Positions 9,176 through 15,585 of a DNA stretch of 15,585 bases are shown here, one piece after another (within the stretch, counting starts at the first letter, position 1; every line of letters starts with the position of its first letter). Below the pieces are notes generated by a model. The model made no database searches, was not told the DNA's origin, and saw nothing but the letters and a program-made list of their open reading frames with translations. The translations under genes were made by a program, and so were the position numbers. The DNA lies in the NCBI GenBank assembly GCA_031426555.1, contig JANPLN010000007.1, positions 1 through 15,585 of the forward strand, read 5' to 3'. Origin of the DNA: Bdellovibrionales bacterium. Its GTDB lineage: Bacteria > Bdellovibrionota > Bdellovibrionia > Bdellovibrionales > JAGQZY01.

Positions 9176-10369
9176 ATGTCTTTGAAGGAACTAAAAATTT
9201 TAATGATTCTCATTGAGCCTCCGTTGCCCTTTGGCAATGCCGGAAGCCGCTGGTTCCATGTTCTTATCAAAGGTCTTGATCGTCGCGGCCATAAGGTCGA
9301 CGTATTTGTGGTGAGCGGCGTGCCGTCAGACATCGAAAAGGCTAAAAAAATATTTGCGGCACGGGAAAATTTTTTTATTTTCCCCTTTGGCAAAAATAAG
9401 GGTTTTTTTGATAAAATGAAAACGTTTTTGTTTCCTCATCGCTATATCTTTAATACGGATGCTCGAAAAAAGTTTCTGGAACTTAAACCCGAGTCCTACG
9501 ATATCATGCATATCGAACAAACCTGGGCGGGCTGGATTGGCTTTCAACATAAAAACAAAACCTTGATGAATGTTCATTTTTTACAAGCCATCGATCTTGG
9601 ATCCACTCGGCCAAAAAGTTGGAAAATGTGGATGCTCACAAAAAGTTGGTTTTATGCCGAAAAATTTATTTTAAAACAGTATCCATTTATTCGCACGTGC
9701 TCGCCCCGCCTCACCACGGCGATTCGCGCCTGGGATACCGCGCGCCCCATGGTCACCACTGTTCCCTTTTCTTTGGATCTTTCGTTGTACCCATGGATTG
9801 CCGTCGAGAAACGCCAAAACCGCCGCCCCATCATCACTCTGATTGGTGGAATGACCTGGTATCCCTCGGTGTCGGCAGCCGAACGAGTTCTCAGCGAACT
9901 ATGGCCCGAAATAAAAAAGCTAGTTCCAGAGTCCCTCTTGAGAATCGTTGGCTGGTCTGCAAGAACGGCTCTCAAAGATTACCTCCACTCACCAGATGTG
10001 GAAATTCTAGAAAACGTAGCGGACATTCAACCGTACTTTGAAGAAGCCTCGGTGATGTTGTACGCGCCGGTGCGCGGGAGCGGTATGAAGATCAAGGTTC
10101 TTGAGTCCTTGGCGTTTGGAATTCCCGTGGTCACCACCAGCGAAGGGGCCGAGGGGTTACCTGCCGAGGATATGGTGCACATGGGCTTGTGCGAAGACAA
10201 CGCAGGGCTGATCGCGCGCACGGTAAGAATTCTGCGAGATCCTGAACTGCAAGAGGAATTGCGGAAAAACGGACGGCAATTGCTTGAAAGTCATTGCGGC
10301 GAAGACAAAACCGTTACCGAAATCGAAGCTATTTACCAGACAATGCTCCAACCAAAGGACGACCAATGA
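9176..10369 (+). CDS. GT4 glycosyltransferase
   Basis: N-terminal PPLPFGNAG and the C-terminal GSGMKIKVLESLAFGIPVVTTSEGAEG motif typical of EPS-associated GT4 enzymes. Confidence 0.88.
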   Translation: MSLKELKILMILIEPPLPFGNAGSRWFHVLIKGLDRRGHKVDVFVVSGVPSDIEKAKKIFAARENFFIFPFGKNKGFFDKMKTFLFPHRYIFNTDARKKFLELKPESYDIMHIEQTWAGWIGFQHKNKTLMNVHFLQAIDLGSTRPKSWKMWMLTKSWFYAEKFILKQYPFIRTCSPRLTTAIRAWDTARPMVTTVPFSLDLSLYPWIAVEKRQNRRPIITLIGGMTWYPSVSAAERVLSELWPEIKKLVPESLLRIVGWSARTALKDYLHSPDVEILENVADIQPYFEEASVMLYAPVRGSGMKIKVLESLAFGIPVVTTSEGAEGLPAEDMVHMGLCEDNAGLIARTVRILRDPELQEELRKNGRQLLESHCGEDKTVTEIEAIYQTMLQPKDDQ

Positions 10370-11115
10370 TGCTATTGAACTTCACAGCTTTACTCATCTC
10401 CTGCTTTTTAGCCATTGCCATCGAACCTGCCATGGCGCCTGTTCACGTTTTGTATCAACGAGCTGGGGTACTCACCTATGGCGCCGTCAGTGCCCAACAA
10501 GTGAGTGATCCTGCAAATACCAATCTCATCGTTTCCTACGAACGATACATCAGCGCGCTCAACCTTTCTGCAGGATCAGATAGTGTTTCGCGGCAGAATT
10601 TAAGTTTCGAGCTGCCGCAGCTGCAAGCCCCTTTTCACAACCAGCAACATGTCCTTAAAAAAGGCGTGATTGTTTTGGGTAAGGACAAAAAGCCGTACTT
10701 GGTAGAAGCGGTTTTTCCCGACAACAAAGTGGTTCTTTCTCCTCTCGAGGTCAACCCCAGCAGTGGTAATCGATTGGAGAATACTAATTTCGCACCCATC
10801 CGGCGCCAAAATGTACAAATTGTGTCCACCACCGACATTTTCGCCGTAGAGCAAACCTGCTTTCTTCGCCAGTATTGCAAAGGCCAAACCCTGGCGCGAA
10901 TCAACGACATTCCCATCTGCGAGGCCTACGCCCTTCGCAACAACGCCACCCCCAGCCTGAAGGTGAAATGCGGCCGCAACACAAAATTTGCCGGGGCCGC
11001 CATCAATGCGGTTTTTTCCGATGGAACACTGATGCTTCACCATACGCTGATCAATCCATTTCCCGAGTCGGCATGGAAATACCAACCTGAGACCACCCCC
11101 ACAACGGCGCAGTAA
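10366..11115 (+). CDS. Hypothetical exported protein with two degenerate beta-rich repeats
   Basis: ATGA overlap with the GT stop gives start 10366 (MMLLNFTALLISCFLAIA, a hydrophobic signal-like N-terminus). Internal similarity between VEAVFPDNKVVL and INAVFSDGTLML; four Cys in the C-terminal half. Confidence 0.7.
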   Translation: MMLLNFTALLISCFLAIAIEPAMAPVHVLYQRAGVLTYGAVSAQQVSDPANTNLIVSYERYISALNLSAGSDSVSRQNLSFELPQLQAPFHNQQHVLKKGVIVLGKDKKPYLVEAVFPDNKVVLSPLEVNPSSGNRLENTNFAPIRRQNVQIVSTTDIFAVEQTCFLRQYCKGQTLARINDIPICEAYALRNNATPSLKVKCGRNTKFAGAAINAVFSDGTLMLHHTLINPFPESAWKYQPETTPTTAQ

Positions 11116-11126
11116 GATTATGATAA

Positions 11127-11140
11127 TTTCCGTGAGGAAA
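11127..11140 (+). terminator. Small GNRA hairpin followed by a T-rich tract; possible weak terminator of the upstream operon
   Basis: TTTCC-GTGA-GGAAA lies 11 nt after the stop at 11115 and is followed by CTGTTTTGTTGGTTT. Confidence 0.3.
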
Positions 11141-11178
11141 ATTCACTGTTTTGTTGGTTTCTTTCTGTATGAAGTAGC

Positions 11179-11214
11179 CAATCTGTGGAAAAGTTCAATC
11201 TGTGGAAAAGTTCA
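11179..11214. repeat. Perfect 17-bp tandem repeat containing DnaA-box-like 9-mers
   Basis: CAATCTGTGGAAAAGTT at 11179-11195 and 11196-11212. Each copy contains TGTGGAAAA, one mismatch from TGTGGATAA. Confidence 0.8.
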
Positions 11215-11223
11215 TCCTGAACG

Positions 11224-11243
11224 AAAAGGGCCGCTGCCCTTTT
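11224..11243. terminator. Intrinsic terminator, potentially bidirectional
   Basis: AAAAGGGC-CGCT-GCCCTTTT is a perfect 8-bp inverted repeat with U-tracts on both strands. The minus strand continues UUUUCGUU. Confidence 0.7.
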
Positions 11244-11259
11244 AATCCCGTTTCGTCTG

Positions 11260-11386
11260 ATCTTCCTGATCAGCCGAGCACCAGTCGTGCAATCCTCCTG
11301 GTAAGCCGTGCTTCAGAGCCAGTCATGCAATCCTGCTGGTTAAGTAAGATTTGCTTCAGAGCCTGTCGTGAATTTTGGCTCCGAAG
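11260..11386. repeat. Degenerate tandem repeats of ~38-43 nt
   Basis: CCAGTCGTGCAATCCTCCTGGTAAGCCGTGCTTCAGAG (11281-11318) and CCAGTCATGCAATCCTGCTGGTTAAGTAAGATTTGCTTCAGAG (11319-11361). Partial copies CCTGTCGTG (from 11362) and ATCTTCCTGATCAGCCGAGCA (11260-11280). Confidence 0.8.
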
Positions 11387-11410
11387 ACGCTGTACAAAGT
11401 CTCTTTTTTG

Positions 11411-11636
11411 AAAATAGGTTTTTAATAAATATTTTTTGACAACAGTCATTAGTTCTTGACGCTTGTTTTGTCTCTTTAAATCTTCTTCATTGGGGTTTTT
11501 GTCGAAAACTCACCAAGCGGTTAATGTGATTAGAATTTCTCTGTGGGGCAAAGCTGTTACCGCGGTTTAAAACACGATAAAGAGTTGTATCTGGTAGCGG
11601 TCTTATTTTTTATTTCCTCCAAAAATAGGTTTTTAA
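11411..11636. repeat. 15-bp direct repeat pair in the AT-rich region upstream of the transposase
   Basis: AAAATAGGTTTTTAA at 11411-11425 and 11622-11636. Confidence 0.65.
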
Positions 11637-11685
11637 AAATGGATGTATATTGTTTTTTTAAAAAGAGAAAACAGAGGAGAAAACG

Positions 11686-12165
11686 ATGGCCAGACAAATG
11701 AGCTTTTTTAAACCAACAGTTAAAGAATTTGGTGGATCACTTTCTGTAAAGGGAAAACGTAAAGCAGCGCGAGTTCTAGATAGTCGTAAACCATTGCATT
11801 TTGTTTTGAAATCTAAGAAAAGTGCAAATCTTTATTCCCATCGAGTTCTTCTTCGTAAACCCCTTTATCTTTATGCGAAAAGATTTGGGATTAAAGTTTA
11901 CAAGGAGAGTGTTCAAAAAGATCATTTCCACTTTTGCATAAAAATCACCAATCGCGAGCTTTATCGAGGGTTTATTCGTGCGCTGACAGGAGTTATTTCG
12001 CAAAAGCTTGGAAAAGGAATATGGGCATTGATTCCCTACTCCCGTATAGTGTCTTGGGGGCGGGAGTTTTTTGCGGTTCTGGATTACGTTTTGTTAAACG
12101 ACTGCGAGGTTAGCGGCATGGTGCCTTATGCCATACGCAGTCCAAAGAGAAAACCTCCTCCTTAA
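11686..12165 (+). CDS. Y1 HUH transposase-like protein (IS200 TnpA / REP-associated tyrosine transposase fold)
   Basis: 159 aa and basic. PLHFVLK strand, HUH motif DHFHF, W...YSRIV segment and candidate catalytic helix DYVLLN (YxxxN). SD GAGGAG upstream; no tnpB adjacent. Confidence 0.78.
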   Translation: MARQMSFFKPTVKEFGGSLSVKGKRKAARVLDSRKPLHFVLKSKKSANLYSHRVLLRKPLYLYAKRFGIKVYKESVQKDHFHFCIKITNRELYRGFIRALTGVISQKLGKGIWALIPYSRIVSWGREFFAVLDYVLLNDCEVSGMVPYAIRSPKRKPPP

Positions 12166-12377
12166 GGGCTTAGCACCGACCTTGCACCAATCAGCTGGTT
12201 ATCCACTGGCAACAAAAAGAAGAAAGAGCGTTAAAACTGTTGAAAATGACGACAGTTCTGTAGCCTTTTCAGTCCGCTATGATATTGGTTTGCTTGTGGC
12301 CAAACTTACTTTATACATCATCCCACTCAATCAGCCTACTTACTCTCACTCTGCTTTGATTGTTTTGGAGCCCCTAA

Positions 12378-12737
12378 ATGCGTATCTCTCTTGTCGCGAT
12401 TCTTGTTTTAACTTTCAACATTACTTGGGCTAGCGACTTTTCGATCATTGTATGCGATCCGTTGGCGTCTGCCGAAGTCCATCTCCAAAATCAAAACGAA
12501 ACGAGCGAAGGCTCGCAACTTCTCGCCTATCGTGGGCGAATTCAGAATTTTATTAAAAACGCACAAACGTCCCTCGAAAGTAGCCTAAAAATCAACGATA
12601 CGGCATCCATTGCCATTACGTGTGGCATGGTGGACGACGCAACTCTGGGCTTTACACGTCCCTGCCACTCTGATTCTGGCGAAGTCCTGGATGTTAAATC
12701 AGTCGAAAAGCTTTGCAAAGAGATCGCCAACAAATAA
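12378..12737 (+). CDS. Small secreted hypothetical protein with four Cys
   Basis: SD GGAG and signal peptide MRISLVAILVLTFNITWA. The four cysteines are compatible with two disulfides; the gene ends 6 bp from the convergent rlmN stop. Confidence 0.72.
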   Translation: MRISLVAILVLTFNITWASDFSIIVCDPLASAEVHLQNQNETSEGSQLLAYRGRIQNFIKNAQTSLESSLKINDTASIAITCGMVDDATLGFTRPCHSDSGEVLDVKSVEKLCKEIANK

Positions 12738-12743
12738 GTGCGC

Positions 12744-13781
12744 TCAACAGCGTGTATTGAGCTGCCCGCAGGCTGCCAAAACACGCTCGCCTTTTGTAGA
12801 CCGCACTGTCACCGGAATTCTATATGTTTCTAAAATCTTTTGCAGGTGTAGAACCTTTTCCTCGGAGGGGCGTCGATACACCGAGCCCGGATAGGGATTA
12901 AAAGGAATCAGATTGATAAACGCCCGACGATCTTTCAATAGCTCCCCGACCTGATGAATTTCTTCATCACTGTCATTGTAGCCATCCAAAACTAAATACT
13001 CATAGGTTACAAAGCGCTTCTTCTCCTGGGGAATTCTATCCAGAAGTGGTAGAAGTTTTTCGAGGGGATAACTCTTGTTAAGTGGTATCAGCTGATTGCG
13101 CTTTTCAGCGATCACAGAATGCAGAGATAAAGCCACGTTCACATTGGGCATTTCGGCTTTCCAGCGCTCGAGGCCCGGTAAATAGCCCGCTGTGGAGACC
13201 GTGATTTTATGAAAACCAATACTCAATCCATGCTGAGACAAAAATATTTCACAGGCTTTTCGAACCGCATCAAAGTTATGTAGCGGTTCTCCTTGCCCCA
13301 TAAATACAATATTTAAAATTCGATCATCCTGGGGACGATTTTTGCTGAGCCACTTTTGAATCTGCACAAACTGGCCGACGATTTCTTCGGTTTTAAGATG
13401 CCGGGTAAACCCTTGGGCTCCGGTGTAGCAAAATGAGCATTTCATGGCGCAGCCGACCTGCGACGACAAACACACCGTGTATTTATTTTGAAACGGAATG
13501 AGCACGGACTCCACTTGTTCTGTGGACGACAGACCAAACAAAAACTTTACGGTTTTGTCGTCGCTTTGTTGAATCTCCGCAATTGGGGGCAGGGAAAAAC
13601 TCAGATATTCGCTCACGAAGGATTGATTTTTACTGGAAAAATTATGTAACAGACATGGCTCGCTCTGAAGCTTCTTATAAAACCAATTGAACAGCTGGCT
13701 CGCCCCCTCGAGGGGCAAATTTTTGCTCTCTAAGAGTGAACACAATTCGCCAAATGGGAGTGAGTAAAAAGGGAGTTTCAC
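12744..13781 (-). CDS. rlmN: RlmN/Cfr-family radical SAM RNA methyltransferase
   Basis: DKTVKFLF, VCLSSQVGCAMKCSFC (CxxxCxxC plus upstream Cys), MGQGEP, ALSLH, NLIPFNP and C-terminal AACGQL. The start is either GTG 13781 or TTG 13811. Confidence 0.9.
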   Translation of the reverse strand: MKLPFYSLPFGELCSLLESKNLPLEGASQLFNWFYKKLQSEPCLLHNFSSKNQSFVSEYLSFSLPPIAEIQQSDDKTVKFLFGLSSTEQVESVLIPFQNKYTVCLSSQVGCAMKCSFCYTGAQGFTRHLKTEEIVGQFVQIQKWLSKNRPQDDRILNIVFMGQGEPLHNFDAVRKACEIFLSQHGLSIGFHKITVSTAGYLPGLERWKAEMPNVNVALSLHSVIAEKRNQLIPLNKSYPLEKLLPLLDRIPQEKKRFVTYEYLVLDGYNDSDEEIHQVGELLKDRRAFINLIPFNPYPGSVYRRPSEEKVLHLQKILETYRIPVTVRSTKGERVLAACGQLNTRC

Positions 13782-13873
13782 AGGCTTTGGATGTAGTCGA
13801 AGTCGCGACAAATGTCTAGGCTCGAGTCCACTGCTTCTCTCTCAACAGATTGCGCCCTACAATCTAAGTACCG

Positions 13874-15382
13874 ATGCGATCAAACCGTGCGATTCTTAAC
13901 TTTATCTCCAGCTTTTCTAGAACCATCGTGGCTACCGTGCTAAGTTTGGCCACAACGCCGCTCATCCTCAACTCCCTCGGTGAGGAGCGTTTTGGAGCCT
14001 ATCGATTGTTGTTGGACTGGTTGTCGCATTTAGGGGTCCTCGAATTTGGGCTTTACTCGGCAAGCCTCACAATCCTGTCAAAGTCCGCCACGGAAGGCGC
14101 TGAAAGCCTGCGGGGAACTCTCAAACTTATTTTTAAAAACTACGGATATGTTTTTTTGGCGCAGGTTGGATTTTTTATCGTGTTCTTTTTCTTTGTGGAC
14201 CGGCTGATCCCCGTGAGTTTTCAGTTACAAAACGAACTGCGAATTTCGGCGCTGATTATGTCGATCTCACTTTTGTTTTTAGTGAGTCAAATTTTTAAGG
14301 CCTACCTTGAGGCCGTTCAAAAAGGCTATCTGGTGAGTCTCACCTTGGTTTTATTTAACATTATCTTTTTAGTTCAGTGCACACTTTTTGCCTATTGGAA
14401 GTGGGGGCTGTGGGGGCAAGTGATCGCCTACGTGAGCAGTTTGCTCATTTCGTTTATTGCCTTGGTGGCTTTGGCTCCAGAGGTGATAAAGTACCTTCTA
14501 TCGCCCCTCAAAGCGACGGTTCCGCGCCAGCTTTTAAAAAATCAGCGCTTTAGTCATTTTATCAACGAACTCTGCAGTCGTATTTCGCTCATGTCCGATA
14601 ATATTATTATTTCGTTTTATATGGGGGCCGGGCCGGTCACCGCCTTCTTTATCACGCAAAAAGTTGGCAATATGATGCAGCAACAGCTGCAACACTTAAG
14701 CAACTCCTCCTGGGCAGCCCTCAGTGAGTTGCATTATCAGGGCAAACACGAGCAGTTTAACAAACGGGTTCTTGATCTGACCGAGCTCATTGCATTTAGT
14801 TCGGGAGTGATTCTTTCCATTGTTTGCTTACTGAATTTTTCGTTTGTGTCTTTGTGGACCGGAGTCGACACTTTTTCGGGGTCCACAGTGACAAATTTAA
14901 CCTGCATCAATGCCGCTTTATTCTCAATTTTAAGTTTGTGGTCGTGGTGCTTTGCTGCCACCAACCTCACACAAAAAATGGTGACAATGTCTATCGCCCA
15001 AGGTGTGGTCAATGTCATCGCCTCGGTGATGCTCACTAGCTATCTGGGCATCACCGGCCCCCTCTACGGCACACTCATTGGCTACGCCGGTGTTAGTCTT
15101 TTTTGGAAGTCCACCGTGCTTTGCAAAACCTTTCAGATCGATTTTTTAAAACTGACGCTATCGTGGATAAAACCTCTTGTCCCTCCCCTTGGTGCTATGC
15201 TCATTTACTTAAGCATTTACGGCGCTCCCCATATTGATTCCTGGTCAAAACTTTTTCTCACAGCGGCACTGAGCACATCGGTACTTTCTTTGGTTTGCTA
15301 CTTTACGTTGCTAAGCTCTGAAAATAAAACGTTACTAAAAAATGTCGTTCTTTCCTTGCAAAAAAAGGTGTTTAACCAATGA
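13874..15382 (+). CDS. wzx: Wzx-like oligosaccharide flippase (MOP superfamily)
   Basis: 502 aa with many hydrophobic segments. N-terminal TPLILNSLGEERFGAY and mid-protein SDNIIISFYMGAGPVTAF are typical of Wzx. Confidence 0.87.
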   Translation: MRSNRAILNFISSFSRTIVATVLSLATTPLILNSLGEERFGAYRLLLDWLSHLGVLEFGLYSASLTILSKSATEGAESLRGTLKLIFKNYGYVFLAQVGFFIVFFFFVDRLIPVSFQLQNELRISALIMSISLLFLVSQIFKAYLEAVQKGYLVSLTLVLFNIIFLVQCTLFAYWKWGLWGQVIAYVSSLLISFIALVALAPEVIKYLLSPLKATVPRQLLKNQRFSHFINELCSRISLMSDNIIISFYMGAGPVTAFFITQKVGNMMQQQLQHLSNSSWAALSELHYQGKHEQFNKRVLDLTELIAFSSGVILSIVCLLNFSFVSLWTGVDTFSGSTVTNLTCINAALFSILSLWSWCFAATNLTQKMVTMSIAQGVVNVIASVMLTSYLGITGPLYGTLIGYAGVSLFWKSTVLCKTFQIDFLKLTLSWIKPLVPPLGAMLIYLSIYGAPHIDSWSKLFLTAALSTSVLSLVCYFTLLSSENKTLLKNVVLSLQKKVFNQ

Positions 15383-15585
15383 AACAGTTTTTTAAAAAAA
15401 TAGTGAATCCGCGTGTTACTTGGGCCTATCGCTACTATAGATATCCGCAATTTTTTGATATCGTTGGAGCGCCCCTCACGTTTAAAAAAGATGGGCTGTA
15501 CACAAAACACAATTCAGATAGCTTGCAAAACCCTTTGTTTGTCGAAGCTTACAAACTTGCCAAAGCCACAGGCTCGTTTCAAGGC
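15379..15585 (+). CDS. N-terminus of a probable TylF/MycF-like O-methyltransferase, 3'-truncated and absent from the ORF track
   Basis: ATGA overlap with the wzx stop and open to the window end: MKQFFKKIVNPRVTWAYRYYRYPQFFDIVGAPLTFKKDGLYTKHNSDSLQNPLFVEAYKLAKATGSFQG. DGLxTxHNxD...F..AY resembles N-termini I recall from polysaccharide-locus TylF-family proteins; the catalytic motifs are outside the window. Confidence 0.6.
   Translation, partial: MKQFFKKIVNPRVTWAYRYYRYPQFFDIVGAPLTFKKDGLYTKHNSDSLQNPLFVEAYKLAKATGSFQG

Larger units (their letters stand above)
11220..11400 (-). ncRNA. Candidate structured sRNA with GGA-loop hairpins (CsrB/RsmZ-like) or REP-like array
   Basis: Six GGA on the minus strand and none on the plus strand in 11244-11400. 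Hairpins CUGAUC-AGGAA-GAUCAG, ACCAG-GAGGAUUGCACGA-CUGGU and CCAG-CAGGAUUGCAUGA-CUGG, ending at the terminator 11224-11243. The 5' end is not defined. Confidence 0.42.

Noticed and set aside
10362..10369. The same ACCAATGA at two stop/start overlaps (10362-10369 and 15375-15382)
   Set aside because: Only 8 bp, half of which is forced by the ATGA overlap; probably coincidence.
11270..11326. 18-aa minus-strand ORF MTGSEARLTRRIARLVLG after AGGA
   Set aside because: It is very short, the SD spacing is only 4 nt, it is not hydrophobic like a type I toxin, and the repeat periods (38 and 43) are not multiples of 3. It cannot be fully excluded without ribosome profiling.
11260..11386. CRISPR array interpretation of the ~40-nt repeats
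   Set aside because: The units are contiguous and degenerate, lack unique spacers of constant length, and no cas genes are present.
11202..11411. 69-aa plus-strand ORF across the repeats
   Set aside because: It starts inside the 17-bp duplication, runs through the terminator hairpin and has no recognisable protein features.
11116..11685. Replication origin (DnaA boxes plus AT-rich region)
   Set aside because: Only two imperfect boxes, arising from one duplication, and no dnaA, dnaN, gidA or rep gene nearby.
12128..12433. 101-aa ORF overlapping the transposase end and the next gene
   Set aside because: It overlaps two better-supported genes and has no SD or motif; it is not TnpB-like.
1435..15510. 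Numerous short antisense or alternate-frame ORFs in the ORF track, such as 9619-10041 and 10600-11085
   Set aside because: They are nested within or overlap well-supported genes and have no recognisable motifs; treated as shadow ORFs.

Overview
Bacterial chromosomal window, probably from a Bdellovibrionota-like organism (inferred from protein styles, not proven). Most of it is a Wzx/Wzy-type surface polysaccharide locus with repeatedly switching gene orientation. It encodes a Wzc-like co-polymerase/tyrosine kinase, an unusually short non-lipidated SLBB-only Wza-like protein, three GT4 glycosyltransferases, a Wzx flippase and four SAM methyltransferases (two FkbM, one class I, one truncated TylF-like). 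To the left are the 3' part of sohB and a single-domain response regulator with a good sigma54 promoter. The locus is interrupted at about 10.4-13.8 kb by non-polysaccharide genes: two secreted hypothetical proteins, a stand-alone Y1 HUH (IS200/RAYT-like) transposase and a divergent RlmN-family radical SAM enzyme. The most interesting signal is the 570-bp non-coding region upstream of the HUH gene. It holds degenerate ~40-nt hairpin repeats that display GGA motifs on the minus strand only and end at an intrinsic terminator, consistent with an unannotated CsrB/RsmZ-like sRNA or a REP-like element of the HUH enzyme.
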